This document shows positions 17,936 through 21,565 of a stretch of DNA of 21,565 nt, piece by piece. The position numbers were made by a program, and so were the translations under genes. The number at the start of each line of letters is the position of its first letter. Positions within the stretch are counted from its first letter, which is position 1. The notes beneath the pieces are model-generated. The model was not told the DNA's origin and ran no database searches. It saw only the letters and a program-made list of their open reading frames with translations. Source of the DNA: Octopus sinensis (taxonomy: Eukaryota); contig NW_021823586.1 of assembly GCF_006345805.1 (NCBI RefSeq), forward strand, positions 1 to 21,565, written 5' to 3'.

Positions 17936-18700
17936 TAATAAATAATAATAAAACAAATAATAATAATGAAATTATTGTATACAGTGCTCAGATGCACCAC
18001 AACTTGTCAAAAAGTGCGTATAAAGCATATACAGTAATGTACAAATGTCTGGAAAGCGAACAATGTATGAGTCAGATACATGCTTGCGTGTATGTATGGA
18101 GGGGATAAAATCAAGTGTAGTGTTGGCGAATCTCAGGAAGCATGGAAGTTTTGAAGGATGCAGTGCTCTGACAACTAACAACTGATGCCGGCAGTTTGTT
18201 CCATGCTTCAGCAACTCTCAGCGTGAAAAAATGTTTCCTGAAGTCATGGGAGCTGTGCTGTTTTCTGACTTTGTAAACAAGTCAAAGGGTGGAGTTTGAA
18301 AAGGTGCTCAGAGTTATTGTTTGTTGATAATTCTTTGGTTGATAATTCTTTTTATATTCTCACCTTTAAGATACGCCCAAGGCTTGGGCTCCGTGCTATT
18401 CGCCCACAACATAAATCACACTCGCATCTTAAAACAAAAACACGGCGCAATTATTTCACCTCAGTTGACCCCGTCTCCTTAACAACATACCAAAACACAT
18501 TAAAGCAGAAATAGACCCCGTAAAGTTCGAGAAGTCTTTGCACAAATTCCTTCAAGAAACCCCGGATAAACTGGATAAGTCTCCGTAAGGAATAACTCTG
18601 AACTTGAGTGGGCCATGTTGTCCTAATCCTGATTTGAAAGACTTCACCAGGTTGTGCTATAAATTTAGACATGTCCCAGGCCGACACTGACAGAAACCTA
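17866..18700 (+). mobile_element. Decayed 3' end of a third CR1-like LINE family, split by the insertion at 17894-18366
   Basis: Rejoined across the TSD it reads ISYKIHPRLGLRAIRP...; from 18481 it reads NNIPKHIKAEIDPVKFEKSLHKFLQETPDK, matching the CR1-type FN-x-P...FK-x-x-LD-x-FL-x-x-IPD C-terminus, with frameshifts. Confidence 0.7.
17894..18366 (-). mobile_element. 5'-truncated CR1/L2-type LINE, same family as 16897-17380, with (ATT)n tail
   Basis: Reverse complement aligns to ~17005-17380; (AAT)n on + at 17899-17967; 15-bp TSD taagatac(a/g)cccaag (17879-17893 and 18367-18381). Confidence 0.9.
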
Positions 18701-18785
18701 TGAAAATATCACACTATGTGTGTGTGTGTGTGTGTACGTGTGTGTGCATATATGTATATACATAAATGTTTATGTATGTATATAT

Positions 18786-18857
<72 letters not shown>

Positions 18858-18859
<2 letters not shown>

Positions 18860-18996
18860 GAGTAAACATAAAGGTGAAACAAGGTGGAAAAAAGAGTACT
18901 CAATACCAAGGGTAGAGTAATATCTTTATTTAAAAAGCAGCAGAAAATTCAACCTGCTACTCTGAGTTTCACGTTCTCGTTCGTCGGACAGTTTTT
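18858..18996 (-). mobile_element. Short Penelope-like LTR-type repeat fragment
   Basis: Short non-coding unit between microsatellites that ends in a minimal hammerhead motif. The Penelope assignment is inferred from that known association. Confidence 0.5.
18954..18991 (-). ncRNA. Minimal type I hammerhead ribozyme (dimer-type)
   Basis: cugu-CCGACGA-acg(agaa)cgu-GAA-acucagagu-A-gcag. Stems I and II pair, the GUA site is at 18960-18958, and stem III ACUC-A-GAGU is palindromic. The only core deviation is U4C. Confidence 0.72.
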
Positions 18997-19092
18997 GATA
19001 TATATTAATATATTATATATAACATATATTATATAAGTGTGTGTATAAGTGTGTATATATGTGTGTATGTGTTTATATGTATGTATATATTT

Positions 19093-19310
19093 GTGTTTGT
19101 CTTTGTGTCTGTGTTTGTACTCCCCAGCATCGCTTGACAACCGATCTTGATGTATTTCTCTTTCCGTAACCTAGGGGTTCGGCAAAAGAGACTGATATAA
19201 TAAGTACTAGGTTTACAAAGAATAAGTCCTGGGGTCGATTTGTTCGACTAAAGGCGGTGCTCCATTATGGCCGCAGTCAAATGACAGAAATAAATAAAAA
19301 AGAAAAGAAT
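19093..19310 (+). mobile_element. SINE family B-related 3' half, diverged
   Basis: gcttgacaaccgat...cggcaaaagagac...aagaataagtcctggggtcgatttgttcgactaaaggcggtgctcc...ggccgcagtcaaatgac. Confidence 0.85.
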
Positions 19311-19322
19311 ATATATATTGTA

Positions 19323-19359
<37 letters not shown>

Positions 19360-19598
19360 CATATATATATATATATTATATATTTATACATTTATTATGT
19401 ATATTCAAAGGGCAAAGCCACTAGGTGTCGGCCGTATGCTAGAAGTAGATCACCTACGATCAAACTACAAAGAAAAGAAGGTTCTCTTCGTGTATTAGAA
19501 TTTTCTCTGATTTTCAGATTTTTGTATGCTAGGAGGCTACTGGTTTTAAATTGATGTTAATTAAATTAATATTCAATTTATCTCCCTCATTATTTAAT

Positions 19599-19691
<93 letters not shown>

Positions 19692-19782
19692 ATATATATA
19701 TATTTATGTATATATATATATGTATGTATGTATATATATATATATGTATGTATATATATATATATGTATATATATATATAAT

Positions 19783-19855
<73 letters not shown>

Positions 19856-20460
19856 GTGGGGGGGGGTGTATTCGCACATTGTTTATGGGCTGCCTCGTTG
19901 TATTTTTATTCAATGAATTGAAAACCACTTTCTCATAATAATTTCCAAACGAATTTCACATCTGAGTAAACATATTCATTTTTAAAATGTCTGCATTTGA
20001 AAAAGAAGTGAGTAAAACAAGAACGTGAATAACGAATTGGTGTGGTGGAGTGTTTAAGCCAGAGTGAAAGGTGGAGGCCAAATCCGAAAACTTTATTGGC
20101 TGAAAAGAAAATCTTATATCCCGATTGACATGGGTATATAGTTTAAGTAAACGAAAACAACATATTTCATTCCTGTGGGAGAAAGTGAAAACACAACGTC
20201 TGACAATCCTAAAAGATATCGCCATCTTAATATTTCCTAGTTTTAAGGTAAGGTGAAAACGATCTTCTCTAAAATCTTGTAGTGGGACACAATTTAAATG
20301 GGGCGCTGAAAATAGAGTTGCTTTATTATGATATATATGTACGTATCGTTGAATGTGTGTGTGTGTGCGTATGTGTCTGTGTGTGTGTGTGTACGTATAT
20401 GTGTATCTGTATGTGTTTCGTGTTTATATAGATGTAATGGTTTTATTGACATCAAAGATT

Positions 20461-21565
20461 GTTCAGAGATTGTTCCAAAGCTCTTGTTTGGGAGATGATA
20501 GCCTTGAAAATTAACCAAGGGGGAGATCACAATCTGTTATTCGGCATGGTGGATTAAATGTTCTGGTTGAACAAAATCCGAGAACGAAGGTTCAAAACCC
20601 TTCATCAGAACTCCAAACATCCCACACAACTGTTTTTTGGGCACTGTAAAAAAAGAAATTGGAAAATTCCATAAAACGCATAGGTTTGTTCCATGTCAAC
20701 TGAACGAGATTTCAAACAACAGACGCGCCTCGAAATGTGCTCTTTATTGCTTCTCTCGACTGGAAAAGACCATTTTTTTTGTATCAAATCATTATTGTGT
20801 GAGAAAGGATATTCTTTGACAACGGCAGGAGAACAGAACAGTGATTAGATGCAGGAGAATCATCTAAACACTACCCAAAACCCACCATGTTGGTGGTCAC
20901 TGTATGGAGGTCTGCGAAGGGAGTTATTCATTATTCACCTTTGCAATAAGGAAAAACGGTAACAGCAGCATCGTATGGTCAGGAAATTGATTATATGCAT
21001 GAGAATTTGAAAAAGAAAAAACCCAGCCCAGTGAATAGAGATGGCCCAATTTTGCACGTCCTCACACTCCATAACCTACAGTCCAGTGGAGGCGCAATGG
21101 CCCAGTGGTTAGGGCAGCGGACTCGCGGTCATAGGATCGCGGTTTCGATTCCCAGACCGGGCGTTGTGAGTGTTTATTGAGCGAAAACACCTAAAAGCTC
21201 CACGAGGCTCTGGCAGGGGATGGTGGTGATCCCTGCTGTACTCTTTCACCACAACTTTCTCTCACTCTTACTTCCTGTTTCTGTTGTACCTGTATTTCAA
21301 GGGGCCGGCCTTGTCACTCTCTGTGTCACGCTGAATCCCCCGAGAACTACGTTAAGGGCACGTGTCTGTGGAGTGCTCAGCCACTTACACGTTAATTTCA
21401 CGAGCAGGCTGTTCCGTTGATCGGATCAACCGGAACCCTCGTCGTCGTAACCGACGGAGTGCTTCTTCTAACCTACAGTCGAAAAGTTTAAAAGCCTGTA
21501 AAATGAGATTTTTCAAGATCCCTCCCTCCCCCCATTCCCCTGATATCTCTCCAACCGATCAGCAT
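20461..21565 (+). pseudogene. Decayed mariner (Tc1/mariner) transposase, interrupted by SINE C; runs off the window
   Basis: Collinear motifs across stops and frameshifts: VQRLF...GDDSLEN*PRGRS, LVEQNPRT, IGKFHKTHRFVPCQLNE (WVPHEL), ERIFFDNGRRTEQ*LDAGESSKHYPKP, VTVWRSAKGVIHY, EIDYMHENL...VNRDGPILH, HSPDISPTDQH (YSPDL). A possible N-terminus lies near 20197, upstream of the (GT)n at 20330-20430. Confidence 0.88.
21084..21468 (+). mobile_element. tRNA-derived SINE family C, full length
   Basis: A box tggcccagtgg, B box gtttcgattcc, 3' hairpin cgtcg-taac-cgacg (21443-21456), perfect 12-bp TSD taacctacagtc (21072-21083 and 21469-21480). Confidence 0.95.

Larger units (their letters stand above)
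18717..19856. repeat. Cluster of (AT)n, (GT)n and (ATGT)n microsatellites (18717-18856, ~19000-19090, ~19310-19390, 19598-19856)
   Basis: Direct reading. Confidence 0.92.

Noticed and set aside
20585-20610. CTGATGA hammerhead-like core on the minus strand
   Set aside because: No GAAA or stem III, and the sequence is explained as mariner coding (NPRTKVQNPSSEL).
21088-21162. tRNA gene calls for SINE heads (also 3981, 5666, 8053, 12064)
   Set aside because: A and B boxes are present, but the cloverleaves are incomplete and each continues into a repeated body with a TSD.

Overview
AT-rich, repeat-saturated eukaryotic DNA. From memory, the three tRNA-derived SINE families and the microsatellite load match Octopus (cephalopod) genomes; this was not checked by a search. 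Most of the window is mobile-element debris: two non-autonomous Helitrons, SINEs of three families, four CR1/L2-type LINE 3' fragments, a Tx1/L1-like 3' end, a decayed mariner transposase and Penelope-like remnants. Several insertions have readable target-site duplications (TSDs) and are nested. No characterised intact gene is recognisable, and nearly all ORFs in the track are repeat artefacts. The items most worth following up are: (1) an intact 178-aa orphan ORF (minus, 8645-9181); (2) a 637-bp, ~98.6% identical inverted duplication just downstream of it, inside a decayed ~61-bp satellite whose monomers carry a GGTACAC-N17-GTGTACC dyad; (3) one SINE family present as monomer, dimer and trimer, with each multimer bounded by a single TSD; (4) two head-out SINE hairpin pairs; (5) a minimal, dimer-type hammerhead ribozyme and a decayed second one; (6) phase-compatible but stop-containing minus-strand exons of a TPR/FAT-like pseudogene missed by the ORF track. 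I see no evidence for a wholly new multi-gene system. All alignments and counts were done by eye.
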